Below, piece by piece: positions 22,404 through 34,731 of a DNA stretch of 47,515 nt. This stretch comes from Craspedostauros australis (lineage: Eukaryota): contig JALAGF010006492.1 in NCBI GenBank assembly GCA_030167865.1, positions 1 to 47,515 on the forward strand, given 5' to 3'. The position numbers and the translations under genes are program-made. The notes under the pieces are model-generated. The model was not told the DNA's origin. It did not search any database and was given only the letters and a program-made list of their open reading frames with translations. Each line of letters starts with the position of its first letter. The stretch's first letter is position 1.

Positions 22404-23015
22404 GCGGGCGCGTCATGGCAGGAATGCTATACAATCTGCAATCTGCAGTCATTCTATCTAGAGAGAGTACCAAGATCCAATGCCACTCATTTGATGAGCA
22501 CATTCTCCACGATTATTTTGTCTACTCGCACTCTTCTCGCTCTCTCTCTCTCTCTCTCTCTCAAATGGTGGATTCCCGTTGCATGTATCATATTCTAGGT
22601 CGTAAGTTATCATAGTTGCCCCCACTGTCGTTGTCGTCGTCGTTGCGTTTGGATAGAGTAGTGATGCTATCGCTGCGGTGCTGGAGCGTTGCCATTCAAA
22701 CGAAATTGATCCTCGTCCATGAGCAGAACAATTTGTTGTGGATAAAAGTGGCCATCGTGTTGTTGTTCGCTGTGCGTTCTCCTTTTTCTTCGGATTTTGC
22801 TCTTCGATGTTTCTTTGCTTCTTTGCAAACCTTCCACATCAACACTCCCTTCTGGTAAGCCCGTCTACCCCATGGATGTTCAGCATCATTGACCATCGTT
22901 TGCAGAATCACACACAAATCACACAGGTACCATCGCCATCAAGTGAGCAACTGAGAACATCATCAGCAGCATCATCAGCAACCTCATCAGCAATATCCCA
23001 GCACAACCATCAACC

Positions 23016-23774
23016 ATGGGAAGATCGCATCGTGCCAAGATCGGTTCTCATCTTGCTCCATCGCGCTCAATCCAACGCTTCTGCACCGTTCTCTTGTTCG
23101 GCGTTGCGGAATTTCAACATGCTAGCGGCTTCCTCCGCCCGATGAACGCTCACCGGTATCACCAATGTCGCAATCATCGCCAACGCGGCGTACTCGCTGA
23201 GCAGAATCGGGCGATCATCGCAACGACGAGCAGTGCCGATGGTGCGGCTCGTGTTATCGAGCCGCGCACCATCCTTCACAGCACACATTGCGACCGCAAT
23301 GACGAGGTCGAATCCAGCGATAGCGACGAAGAGGAGGAAGAAGCGGCGGCAGCAGAGGAGGAAGACCCTCCACAACGACCCTACAAGAACCGATCATTAT
23401 TCTGGACAAACAATTTCAGGACCCTCATCCCTTACGACAAGGCCCGGTCGATGGCAATTGGTTTAGGTGTCGCCACCAAGGAGGAGTATCAGTTCTACCG
23501 CAAGGGACCGTACATGATCTGCGACCCCGAAGAGATGTACTACAACGATTGGGTAGGCTGGGATGAATTCTTGGGTGTCATGCGGCCGTACGATGAAACC
23601 AAGGAGATTGTGCAAAAGATCCTCCGGTTACGGGACATGGATGCGTACGTCTCCTTTGTGAAGGATCACACGAAGCGTGCCTCAGGTCTCCGGATTCCGG
23701 CGAAACCTGATGTGTACTACAAGAGATCGAAGGAATGGAAGAGCTTCGATGATTTCTTCGGCACCTTTCAGTGA
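23016..23774 (+). CDS. Hypothetical protein with two P..P...Y...W..W..F.G repeats (phage-integrase-repeat-like), possible plastid presequence, 252 aa
   Basis: Repeat 1 is PYDKARSMAIGLG...PEEMYYNDWVGWDEFLG. Repeat 2 is PYDETKEIVQKIL...IPAKPDVYYKRSKEWKSFDDFFG. The N-terminal hydrophobic stretch ends in ASG-F, followed by an Arg-rich segment. Confidence 0.7.
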   Translation: MGRSHRAKIGSHLAPSRSIQRFCTVLLFGVAEFQHASGFLRPMNAHRYHQCRNHRQRGVLAEQNRAIIATTSSADGAARVIEPRTILHSTHCDRNDEVESSDSDEEEEEAAAAEEEDPPQRPYKNRSLFWTNNFRTLIPYDKARSMAIGLGVATKEEYQFYRKGPYMICDPEEMYYNDWVGWDEFLGVMRPYDETKEIVQKILRLRDMDAYVSFVKDHTKRASGLRIPAKPDVYYKRSKEWKSFDDFFGTFQ

Positions 23775-24061
23775 AGACTGCGGGAGGTAACACTGCGGGT
23801 ATGATACTGTTATAGAATAGTATGTTTGAATCATGTTTACTCTCCAGAGTATTCCAGTTCGACCTAGCCTGCCCTTTGACTTGATAAAACTCGTGCAATT
23901 GGAAGACTGCTCTGTTTCGTTTGGTTGGAGAGCGGAAGAACCATCCTATTGAACTCATGTGGTAGAATACTTGTGGAGTGAGTACTCCTGCAGACAAACG
24001 CCCTGCCAATAGAGAGTATGTGTAACTCGCGATCTGTCCACCACTCCAGTCTTCCGCCTGT

Positions 24062-25515
24062 TTACTCATACTTCTCCTTGACATGTATCAACATGACAAA
24101 GACGACCATCAGGAATAACGTGCCGACAACACCAGCGCCGCATATCAGCATTCCCATCATGAATGGTGAAAGATTGAAGGAATCCTTGTAGCTCCGTACC
24201 GTGTCCATTGCAACGCTCCCGCTGTAAATCATGAGGCCCTGCAAGAGTCCGATGGGTCCCATTGGTGATGTGTACCAAGTCAATGGCTGGTGCATGGAGT
24301 AGAGTCGAAGATAACATTGTGGAGATGACAGGTGACATGCGATTTGATTTGTGATAATGTGTGTGTGTGGATTGAAGGAGGATGCGTGTGAGTAAGTGGA
24401 TGGGTGAGAATGTATGGACAAGACAGGCGTTGGGCTGTATTGGAAACACAGTAGCAGGGATTTGCGACGTGAGGACCTGCACAGACGAAGCCGTAGGTAA
24501 TTTATTGTGTGGCTCTGTCTGGTATCATGATGTACAAATAGCAAGACGATGAAACCAGATTGACAGGGCGGTGATGGTGTTGCCGTTGATACCGTTGGTG
24601 TTGATAGCGCCCGATGGACGATGATGAGCCAGCCGCCAGGCATCTCCATGAACGACGAAGGCTACATCGTCGATTGGAATGCCCAACTGACTTCCCTGAA
24701 TCTTTCCTCTCCTTTCCTCTCCTCTCCTTACCTTCTGACTTTTGTACCCACCCCTTGCGAATGTCATGAGTGCTTGCGGGGATCTCGACTGCTTGAACTC
24801 GTACACTGACATCCCGTCGACAATGAAGAAGCTGGGATACGAATGGATTGAGAACCGAGATCCCAACGCTCTTTCGGTATTGGCGTCGACTTTGGCGACT
24901 CTGATGCCCTCCTCCGGCGACGAATGGAATGTCCTCGCCACTCCGGAGTACTGCGTAGCAAATGTCATGCAATGCGTGCACCTGTGTATGTACCATATAT
25001 TCGCGAGGATGACCATGGGAAAGTGCCCGAGAGGAATGATAAAGAATGGCAACCAAAACTGCGATGAGTGCAATGGATTCAACCCTTGCTGCATGCCACC
25101 ATGCAGAACTCAACGATATTCAATAATTGTACTCGGCATCACGGAACAATCCACATTCCCAATCCTACGTTTGCTTGGTCACATCTCACATATCACCCTG
25201 CACATTTCGCAAGCTCCAAACCAACGACGCTCGCTTTGCAGTCCTCTACGAGCATGCCGTATCTTACCATGGCGCGTAGAATTCTATGAGCCAAACATTG
25301 CCATCAAGAATGGAAACGTCGAAATTCTTCGAGGTCAGTTCGATGGTATCCATGGGAAGAGATGCTTGTGTCATCTGATCCTTGCTTTTGCTCCCTGATG
25401 CGTCAACATCCGCTGCCAAGGGCACGGCGAAGCAACATAGCAAGAGGCAGACCGTCATTACAGTGCGTTCAATGCGCGCCATGCTGAACCCCACGGGAAG
25501 CCTCAACCGTATCAT
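24062..25515 (-). CDS. Thioredoxin/PDI-like ER membrane protein (TMX-like), ~240 aa (exons 25515-25268, 24981-24732, 24286-24062; start could be 25482)
   Basis: Signal peptide, then ELTSKNFD...WLIEFYAPWCTHC, with the active site formed across intron 1. Also VAKVD, the cis-Pro motif YPS, a C-terminal TM helix and a KEKYE (KxKxx) ER-retrieval signal. Confidence 0.85.
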
Positions 25516-26297
25516 TGTGAGATTTTGACCGTGACGAGCTGTCTTCTTGTGATTCGGATGCTGAAATACAATGGGTGCGAACAACGCAACTTGCTCGCGT
25601 ATGAAAGTGGTGATGAGATCGGATGCTTCCAGAGCACTCGCACGCAATGGCGTAGAGGATGATACGAGTAGAGTGTAACGCAGCGGAGCAGAGCAGAGTG
25701 GAGTGGAGCAGCGTTGCTTCACAGATCAGCGCTGCGATGATGGACCGTCCTCAAGTGTTGTTCTGAGTGATGGCCGACGCGCCTAGTCAATCTCAGTTTT
25801 CCCTCTCTTTCTCTTTCCGTCTTCCTCTGTCTCTCATTGACGCCAATGATGGAGTGCTGCTGGTTGAACCACCTGTTCTTCTCTCGAGCACAAAACGGAG
25901 TGCGATGACTCGTATCCGTGCCTTCCTGGTGGTGGTCTCTCTGAGTGTTGGTTGCACATCTTCTCCTGCGAGTTGGCTTTGAGTGGAGTTCTGCACATGG
26001 TTCTCACTCTGTGCAATCTTCTTTCATGTTGTTTCTTGACGTCCGACTCGTAGGACTAAACACTCTCACAATTTCGCCGCGACCACCACCCGCCTCCGCG
26101 CGCAGGACCGCATCTGTCATGCTGTTGTTGTTGTTGTTGTTGTCGTTGATGGCGACACGAAGTGATGCTCATTGACGAGCGACGATCTCCACTGAGCAGC
26201 CGTCAGCACCGGAAAAGAATCGTTGTCGTCAGGGCGTACTCATGGAATATTCAAAATATTCAGAAGCACCGGAAGAGCGGCGTCCCAATTCGACATC

Positions 26298-27170
26298 ATG
26301 AACCAATCATCCAAGTCGAAACGGAAACGAAAGCGGCAGCCACAGAAATCATTTCTTGATGGCGAATCATTGATTTCAGTGCTTGGGTTTCCGTCGACGA
26401 TCCAGCCCAAGGATCGAAAGGATGATGGATCGCACTCGCAATCGGAGATGCAGAGACAGAAGCAGAGTCCAGGTCAACCATCTTACTTTCCAGAAGACGT
26501 CGTGTCGACGCAGCCAGCAGCGTCATTCCTGAAGCAACTGTTCCTGGATCGGTTCCGGAAGGAAATCGTCGACCAGTACAAGGTGCGCCCCGTCGCCAAG
26601 GCAACGAGGAACGTCACGCATTGCTTGACTGTGACAGATGGCAAGCTGCGAAGGAAGAAGGCAGTGCTCAAGGCCAGTACGAGTGCGACGAATGAGGGTT
26701 CTGTTGGGAATGCTGTTCGTCACGACGGTCACGAAAGCAAACCTGCAGACGACAGCTCCAGACGAGAACAACGATCGGACCAAAACGAGAAAAAGTGGAG
26801 GAGGCTGTTGATTGGCACAAATCAATGCACGAGGGCCTTGGATAAGTGCATGATGCAGCGAAGCCAACGGATGAAAGGGCAAGATGACGGTGTTGAGGCT
26901 GATCTCGCCGATCCAGATGATGCAAAACCGTCGCTCATCGTGATGGCGAGAGATATCTACCCGCCCACGATGCTTTGCCACGTCCCCGTGCAAGCCAAGG
27001 CGCTTGGAATTCCGTTGCTGATGCTTCCGGGCAAAGCATCACACGAGCTGGGCGAAGCAATGGGCATGAAGAAGGCATCTGTCATCGCGATGGTTCCGAA
27101 TCCTGCAGATCCCAAGGATCTGCCGATGGCTTCTTTTGTGGATTTCATCGCGAGTGAAATGAAATCCTAA
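26298..27170 (+). CDS. L7Ae/L30e/S12e/Gadd45-family RNA-binding protein, probably RNase P/MRP subunit POP3/Rpp38-like
   Basis: LLIGTNQCTRALD...LIVMARDIYPPTMLCHVP...IPLLMLP...ELGEAMG.KKASVIAM fits the L7Ae fold. The N-terminus is basic and NLS-like (KSKRKRKR). First ATG is 26298. Confidence 0.7.
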   Translation: MNQSSKSKRKRKRQPQKSFLDGESLISVLGFPSTIQPKDRKDDGSHSQSEMQRQKQSPGQPSYFPEDVVSTQPAASFLKQLFLDRFRKEIVDQYKVRPVAKATRNVTHCLTVTDGKLRRKKAVLKASTSATNEGSVGNAVRHDGHESKPADDSSRREQRSDQNEKKWRRLLIGTNQCTRALDKCMMQRSQRMKGQDDGVEADLADPDDAKPSLIVMARDIYPPTMLCHVPVQAKALGIPLLMLPGKASHELGEAMGMKKASVIAMVPNPADPKDLPMASFVDFIASEMKS

Positions 27171-27634
27171 TGCACGCTGCGTCACAGTACTCGCGCATAC
27201 TAAATGTGAAGAATAGTAAACACATATGGCCATACATCCATCGTTGGAGAGTGGGGAAGTCTCAACTACGAGCACGAATGGAACCTGCAAGAGCCGCACA
27301 CAAGAACATGAAAATCATAAAGCTCACAACAGCTACGAACGAGTAGCGTAGGCCGCGGTTGCGAATTCTCCCGAAGCGGAACATGCGCAATACCAGGACT
27401 CTCCGAAGGCTGAGAGGATGCAAGCGCTGAGTTAATGGTAACGGAAGACGTCTGACAACCCTGCGGCACTAATGATTATTCTTGCTTGTGTGTCTTTGTA
27501 TTTGTGTGCTGCGTGTGTGGGCATACTCGTTGAGTATGTGGGGACGTAGGAGCTGCTCATGCCCGTTCCGGCGATTTGCTCCTTTCGCCTCGCATGTTCC
27601 TCGGACTGCTCCACCGCGTTGCTGGCCGATGGAA

Positions 27635-29030
27635 TTATGATTCATCATCGAGCCAGGATTGCTCCACAATCTCCCGCACTCTGCGATTGTATTCGCGACG
27701 ATTTTCGTTGTAAAGCCGGCTTGCTTCTGAGTTGGCCGGCGAGGCCGGGTTTGGATCGCAGAGCAAGGACTGGATACTTGTCAGGATTGCCGATATGTCG
27801 TAGATTGGAGACCATTGGTTTTGCAGAATATCGAGGCAGATTTGACCATCATTGTAAATGTTGGGGTGGAACATCTTGGTGAGGAATCGGACTTGGGGCG
27901 CCTTGTTCGGGTAGTCCTCAGTGAATTCCAGCACCAATTTGAACGTTCCTCCCTCCCACGGGGTGTCGTCGGGACCGAAAATTACTGCTTGCCACATCAT
28001 GATATTCGTGTCCATCGGAGCCCCAGTGACGCCAGACGGAGGGTCGCTCTGGAGTCTGTTGGTTCATCGCCGATTGTGTATTTTATGTTGTTGGTGCCAT
28101 TTGGGGAAAAAACGGGCGCAGAGAAAGCAGAACGCATTCAGACACGGAGGTCAGCTCACAAGACGGCATGCAGATGAATTATTCAATCCAGTGTGGTACG
28201 CAGGCGAGGTGGCGTGGGAGTGGCAGCAAGAGGAATGATTGGGAGTGTCATGAAGAATGGCATCTGCATCTGCGTGTGGATGCGCGGAGGACAGTGCATG
28301 CAGACGCCCGCAACCAGGGAGTTCTCGCGCGTCATCGTCGCAGGATCTGATTCCTTGAATCTCCATTATTTCCGCAATCCCTGGCACTTGCCCTCAGTCT
28401 GTGTTGGAGATGTCCCGGAGATGTTCCGACCTCTCGTTGCGAGGCTCTCGTGGGCGTCATCCCATTGTGATGATGGAACCTCCGTTCTCCATTCGTGGAC
28501 CTTCCGAATGGCATTCGTCCTCCTAACGTTGCTGCTGCTCCTCCTGTTGCTCATGACAATAGTCTCCGCTCTCGTCCTGTTGGTATCGTTATCTGCTGTT
28601 GCTTCCGACCTTGTTGTTGACGATTCCACCACCTCTGCCTCGACTTGCGTGGGTGACTGCAACCGCAATTGCGCATGCAACCTTGATGGACTGCTGGTGG
28701 CATCAAGAAACGTAGCGGTAGAATTGCAACTGGAAGCGTGACAAAGGCAAAGCATAGCGTGGCATGGAAGCAACCCTGGTCTGCCATCCACCGACTCATC
28801 AAATGCATCTATCCATGCATCCACCCTTCCAACTCAATGAGCGCTGAGAAGAGCAACCCGACATCGCAACAACAGCCTCACGTTTGGTCGGATTGCGTTC
28901 TTCACGAAACTGCGAGAAAGGGGATACGCAACCCAACGGAACTCAGGTCACAAGTGGAATGTACGAAAGCAGTCATCGAGTCGTACCTTTTGAAGTCCCG
29001 AAGGAGACGGCGTCGCGCACTGGTGCTCAT
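27635..29030 (-). CDS. RAD6: Ubiquitin-conjugating enzyme E2 RAD6/UBC2 (UBE2A/B), 154 aa (exons 29030-28987, 28055-27635)
   Basis: [28 protein letters not shown]...[25 protein letters not shown]. The intron is 931 nt, GTACGA...CAG, phase 2. Confidence 0.95.
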
Positions 29031-30548
29031 GGTTGCAGGTGGTTGTAGTATTCAATGAGAACAAGGGGAAGGTGTTGTGAAGGCTGCGGGATGATTTGGG
29101 GAGACAATGCACACAACTGGTGCTGCGTGATTGTGGTGAGTCCTCGTCAGTCCAGCGATCGTTTTGCTTCGTCCGCTCTCTTCGTGTGCGCTCGTTGCGT
29201 CGGGCGCAGCTGTTTGCGTCTCCTCTTGCCCTTTGGCCTGTTGCATGGGGATTTTGTGCCTGTTTGTGGCTGTCGAGCTTCCCTTTCCAACTGTTCCTTT
29301 CTGCTCTTTCCTCTCCCTCTCTCGCTTCGTCTCCTTCCGCGTCCCTTCTGTTGTCGTGTTTTTCGCCCTGTGGTGTTGGCCTGTCGCTTCTCCGGTTCGT
29401 GTTCTTGTGGGTCATTTGAATCGCATGGGTCGAAAGTATGTCGTTTATTCCAATGAGTCACGTTGCAGCCAAATTGTTTTCGTTGGTCGTATGTATCAAA
29501 TGTGCGACAAACTTGACCGTTGGAGCCCGAAAAACCCTTTCCCATCTGTTTTATCACCAAGAGCAGCTGCTGGACATGTGGAATGACGTCCCTGAATGGA
29601 GACATGTGATTGGTGCAAGCACAAAGACAGAGTACCTATGTACGCACCTTGTCCCCATCAACACGCTGATTTTATTTAAGGCCAACAGCAACGATCGTCA
29701 GGAACCCTTTTTGGTGGATGGGCTGATCACATTTTCGTGTCATTCACCGTTTCAAGAACTCGGCTCCAGCCGGCCACACCGTATGGGAACGGGACGAGGC
29801 AGCACCGATCGGTTCTTGGTGTGAGTATTGGTACCCACGATGATGGCAGAGCAAGCAGCAAGGGCACGAATGAGCGAAGGCCTCTCATGCGGGTGAGTTG
29901 GTCGATTCCTTCCTTGCTTTTCTGCTGCTCCGAAGACGATCATCATCATCATCATTCACACCAACATCAACATCCACATCGAGGACGACAAGGATCGTCA
30001 ACAAATAGCAACATCAAGAGTATTAAGAACTATCAGCAACCATCAGCAACAATCGCATCCACAATACCAACAGCATCGTAAACCTGGAAGGGAGGAGCAT
30101 TCATCATCAGCATCACTGTCACCATCGAAGTCAACAGCGGCGGCGACGACAAGCGGAGACGAAGGCATCAGAAAAGGAAGAAACGGTTGGTCAGTGGCGC
30201 CAACAGTCCACAGCAGCAAGAAGTCAGCGCCCACCAACGGGATCCACTTCACCTCATTGAGTATCACCAGCAGCAATCACAGCGGCACACCAGGAATCAC
30301 GAGCAAGAGTGTAACCACGCGCAACGGGTTTTCGAGAAACTCCGGCCTTCTTGGATCAGCGCCTTGCGATCACACAGCGGGACGATCGGCATCATCGCAC
30401 GTGACATCATAACGCAAAGACCTTCAGAAAAGACGCAGCGGAAGAGATCGCAGGGAACACTCGTATTCATACTCGTACTCGTACTCGCGCCGTGTCTCGC
30501 TGTTGACGTGCAGTCCCCAGCGCATATTCCAACAACAACAATTCGACC

Positions 30549-33500
30549 ATGGACGGGAGACAACCTCCTCCAGACCAGCCAGGGATACCTAATCCCGCAC
30601 CGGCTCCCATTGCTCCAAATCCCAACGGGATGCAGGGACATACGGCCGCGGCAGCGGCTGCTGTCGCCAATCAGCAGCTGACAAGTCAAGTCCCCAACAT
30701 GGCCATGCATCTCATGGGACTCATGACGAACCCAACCTTGGCTGCGACTGCAGTGGGATCGCCTCTGTTCCCTCCTGCCGCAATGATCACCAACCCAGGC
30801 GCCTTCTACAGCATGCCTGATGTCCTCGGGCAGAACAACAATGCGCTCAACCAGGCCAATAGCGCCGTGGCTGCTGTGGCTGCGGCAAGCGGAATGTCCA
30901 TGCCTCAGATAACAACATCGCCGGCAGTGGCAACCAACGCCTCTCCATACGCGGCTCCGATGAGAGCGCCACCACCAGCGGCACCTGTGCCAGGAGCTCC
31001 GCATATGATGCACCAAACCACGATGAGCTCCCAACCGCACCTAACGCAGCATGGCCAAGTGATCCATAACCCATTGCAGCAGCAACAGCAGCAACAACAG
31101 GCTCAGCAGCAACATTATCAGCAACCGCAACAAGACCTGCAACAAACAGTCCAAATGCAAAGCCAGTTGCAGAAGCACGATCATCAACAGCAACATCAGC
31201 AACAACAACAGCAGCAACAACAGCAACAACAACAGCAGCAACAACAGCAACAACAGCAGCTTCAATTGCAACTCCAACAGTCACAACAGCAACAAGCGCC
31301 GGCGCAGCAGCAGCAACAACAGATGCAGATTCAATATCAGCAGCCCCCCAATGCACACCTGCAGCAACAACAGCTACAACAGATGCACTTGCAGCAACAG
31401 CAGCAACAACAACAGCAACAACAACAACAACAGCAGCAGCAGCCCCAACAGCAATTGCAGCAACCCCAACATCTGCAACAGCCACCGCAGCAACAACAAC
31501 AGCAGCAGCAGCAGCAAAGGCCCACACAGCCTCAACCAACGCAGCAGACACACCAACAGGCACAAGTTCATGTACAGCAACAACAGCAGCAGCAACAACA
31601 ACAACAACATGTCCAACCGTTTCAGCAGCAGCAGCATGTNNNNNNNNNNNNNNNNNNNNNNNNNNNNNNNNNNNNNNNNNNNNNNNNNNCATGTACGCCT
31701 GCAGCAGCAAATGCAAGTCGGTGGGATACCTCTGCAACAGGGTGCGCCGATTGCGTTCAACGGGATGGGGATGATGAGCCTACCTCGAAGTTCCTCCGCA
31801 TCGATCGAAGCACAGCTGAATGCGGCGGCGGCCGAGGTCACGACGCCCGCAGAAGCAGCTCTACTCAGGGAAGACAAGGCCGGTGGCCGACGCAAGAAGG
31901 ACCTCACGCCAGAGGAGAAGCTCAAGCTCAGCAAGGAAAGGAACAAGGTGCATGCGCGCCTCACGCGAAAGCGCAAGAAGGCATACATCCAAAAGCTCAA
32001 GGAGTTGTTGGACGACTTGCAATCAGACCGTTCAGAGGAGCTCAAGCAACGAAGAGTTGCGATCCAGCATCTGGCAGAAGTGCAGAGCGTGCGCCGGGCT
32101 GTGGTTCGCAGCTTCCTACGCTTCCATGCCAAGTTCGAACGCGACAAACGAAAGTGGGCGACCATACTCGAAGATTCATTTTGGTTCAAGCAACCTGTGA
32201 CACCGTATCGATGCTTTCGGCGCAGCGAGATCCAACAGGTACGTGAAAAGGTTGGTCGGCTCTGTGCACTCTCCAGTGCTTGATGGCCCGATTGCTGGCT
32301 TGCTCAATCTGCTGTCTACCAATGAACTTGCGAGCATGCGACGGCGTGCGTCTGATTTAGTGCTCGATCAAGCCCAGGCTGTGGATTTATCTCACTCACT
32401 CACTCTCTATCTATCTCCTTCCTTCCTTCCTTCTGTCGCTCGTGAATTGTACCACCGATCAATCGATGAACTGAAATGACGTGTACTCGTATGTCGTCGT
32501 TACCTACATGCCCTCCCCACCCAATGCCCGGTCAACACTTTGTGACTGCAGGAATGTCGCATTGCCAAGGGTGTGGACGCTGTGATCGCCGATGCTGCAA
32601 GTCTGGTCGTGATGGTTGAATGCGTCGGATCGAGGAGTCAACGATGGATCATGATCAAGCGGGAAGACTTCTTCGTCCGCAAGGAAGAGAGGACAGGACG
32701 GAAGCATATGCCAAGAGACATCATCAGCCGCAATGGGCGGTATCAGCATGCCGTATCCAGCATGTCTTCCAGTTCTGGTTCTTCTGGGCATGGATCAAGC
32801 GGTTCAAGCGGCGAAGAGAATCGCAACCAGCCCCAGACGGAAAGCAAGAGCCAGAAGCAGGCGATGGCGACTGACGAAACCAAAAAGATGAATGGCAATG
32901 GCAGAGCCCAGAATGTGACGGCGTCGAGCGGCAGCAGCAACGGAAGCAAGCGCAACGAGCAAGACCAGTCAGCGATGCGTCATGAGTACCACTCACAGCA
33001 CGGCATGAACATCGCCGAATCCGAAAGGAATGGCGAATCAACCTCAGAAGATTCGCCGGAAGAAGGCAACAACTCCGGGGAGGACATCGCCACCAAGCGC
33101 GTCAGTGCAGACTCGTCCTCCAGCGATGATTCAGCAGCCGCGATCAAGAATTCAAGACCAAGCAAACGTCACAAGTCCGATGATCCCATGGACAACCCTC
33201 CGATCGTCAAGGTCGTGGACACGACTGTCAATGGCGACGCGATCGCCCCAGGAACGGCTTCGACAGCCACCAACACCGCCACTCACAGCGTCAGCGTCAG
33301 CATGAGCGCGAGTGGCACCAAGACAAGCAACACGAGCAGCATCAGCACGAACTCATACCTCCCGGTCAACATTGCGAAGAAGGGAGGCATCTCGCACAAC
33401 ATCCGCCCAGTCATGTCGTCCCAGATGGTGCAACGTGTCAACAATGCACGGCTCAGCACGGCCCCTGCCATTCAGCTTCCTCCCTTCGCAGGCATCGGCA

Positions 33501-34731
33501 AGCGCCCGACATTGCCCGTGCAGTCGGCAACCCAGGCTCACATGCCAAGCGTGGCGATGAATCAGAAGTACGACAGTGACGACAAGAAGATGGCCGCGAT
33601 GGAAGGTGATGGTTCCGACGGAACGAACGTCACCAGCGGAACGAACAGCAACAACGAGCGCTTCCGAGCAGGCGTTGCGTTGGACAGCCCGATCGTCATC
33701 TCAGGCGATGTCGATACAAGCTCCTCCAATTCCTCCAGCAACCGGCGCAACATCCGCGCCTACTATCATGTCAACGAAGATGACATGATCCTCATGGACG
33801 ACGTGCTGATGTGCCCGTTCGTTTTCCGAACACAGGATGCCGTCGTTTGCGGAGCCCTTGCTGAATGCATCATGCCAGGGATGCTGAGAGCATCATTCTC
33901 GGCACGCAACCAACTGCTGAGCGTGGAGATGCTGTACGATGCCATGGGGTTTATGCAGCAGCTGGAGCGCGCGAGCGGGAGCGAGGTCACAGCGCAGATC
34001 ATCCCAGGCAGCTTGGAAATGGCCCTCTCGCCGACTCCAAACGAAGCGCGCTTGATCACGCTGGCAGAGGCACCGTACCTGATCGTGAACGTGAACGAGG
34101 CATGGACGCGGATGACACGATACACGCAGCTGGAGGTGGAAGGCAAAGGCCTCTTCGAGATGCTCCAAGGTGAAGGTTCAACCGAACCTCCACAGCATAA
34201 TCTCGACGGCCTCTCGTCAGGTCGTCCCAGCTGCTCCACGATCATGAGCTACACAAAGAGTGGACGAGAATTGGTCAATTTCATTTGCTCCTTTCCTCTC
34301 ACCAAGTAAGTGTTGTTCCAGGACGTTCGTTTTGAAGAACATGGGGAGGGATCCGTTTGTTGTGATGACAGTTAGAAGGAGTTCGACTGCATGCCATCAA
34401 CTCTACTGTACTCGACTCTACCAATGTTGTATTTCTTTTCAGCGCACTCACCAATGGTCTTGCTATGTCATTACTATTTGCTTGCTTGCATGTATCATTC
34501 ATGCCTGTGCCTATGTCTTGCTACTGCATCTATCTCCTCTATGCATCCATCCATCCACCTTCCTCGCTGTTGCTGCTCGAAAATCATCCGATACATGCAA
34601 TCAACATCCACCGAAACGAACAACCGACTTGATCCAGTTCCAACGACGAGATCACACACATCTTGCACGTCTGCAAGGAGCTGCCCCACTTCGAAGGCCC
34701 CGGCTTTGAAGAGGGATCTGGTGGTTTATAA
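30549..34731 (+). CDS. PolyQ bZIP-PAS transcription factor (exons 30549-32238 across the N gap, 32552-34305, 34638-34731)
   Basis: Gln-rich N-terminus. The bZIP basic region is EEKLKLSKERNKVHARLTRKRKKAYIQKLKELLDDL. The C-terminal PAS domain is ITLAEAPYLIVNVNEAWTRMTRYTQLEVEGKGLFEMLQG...YTKSGRELVNF..FPL-TNSNDEITHILHV. Two GT-AG introns keep the frame. Confidence 0.82.
31075..31635 (+). repeat. Coding CAG/CAA polyglutamine region
   Basis: Interrupted (CAG/CAA)n tracts encode long Gln runs. Confidence 0.95.
31640..31689. other. Assembly gap (50 N)
   Basis: Run of N; CATGT is present on both flanks. Confidence 0.99.

Noticed and set aside
34040..34305. Aureochrome (bZIP-LOV) assignment
   Set aside because: The NCRFLQ flavin-adduct motif is missing and a large central region separates bZIP from PAS.
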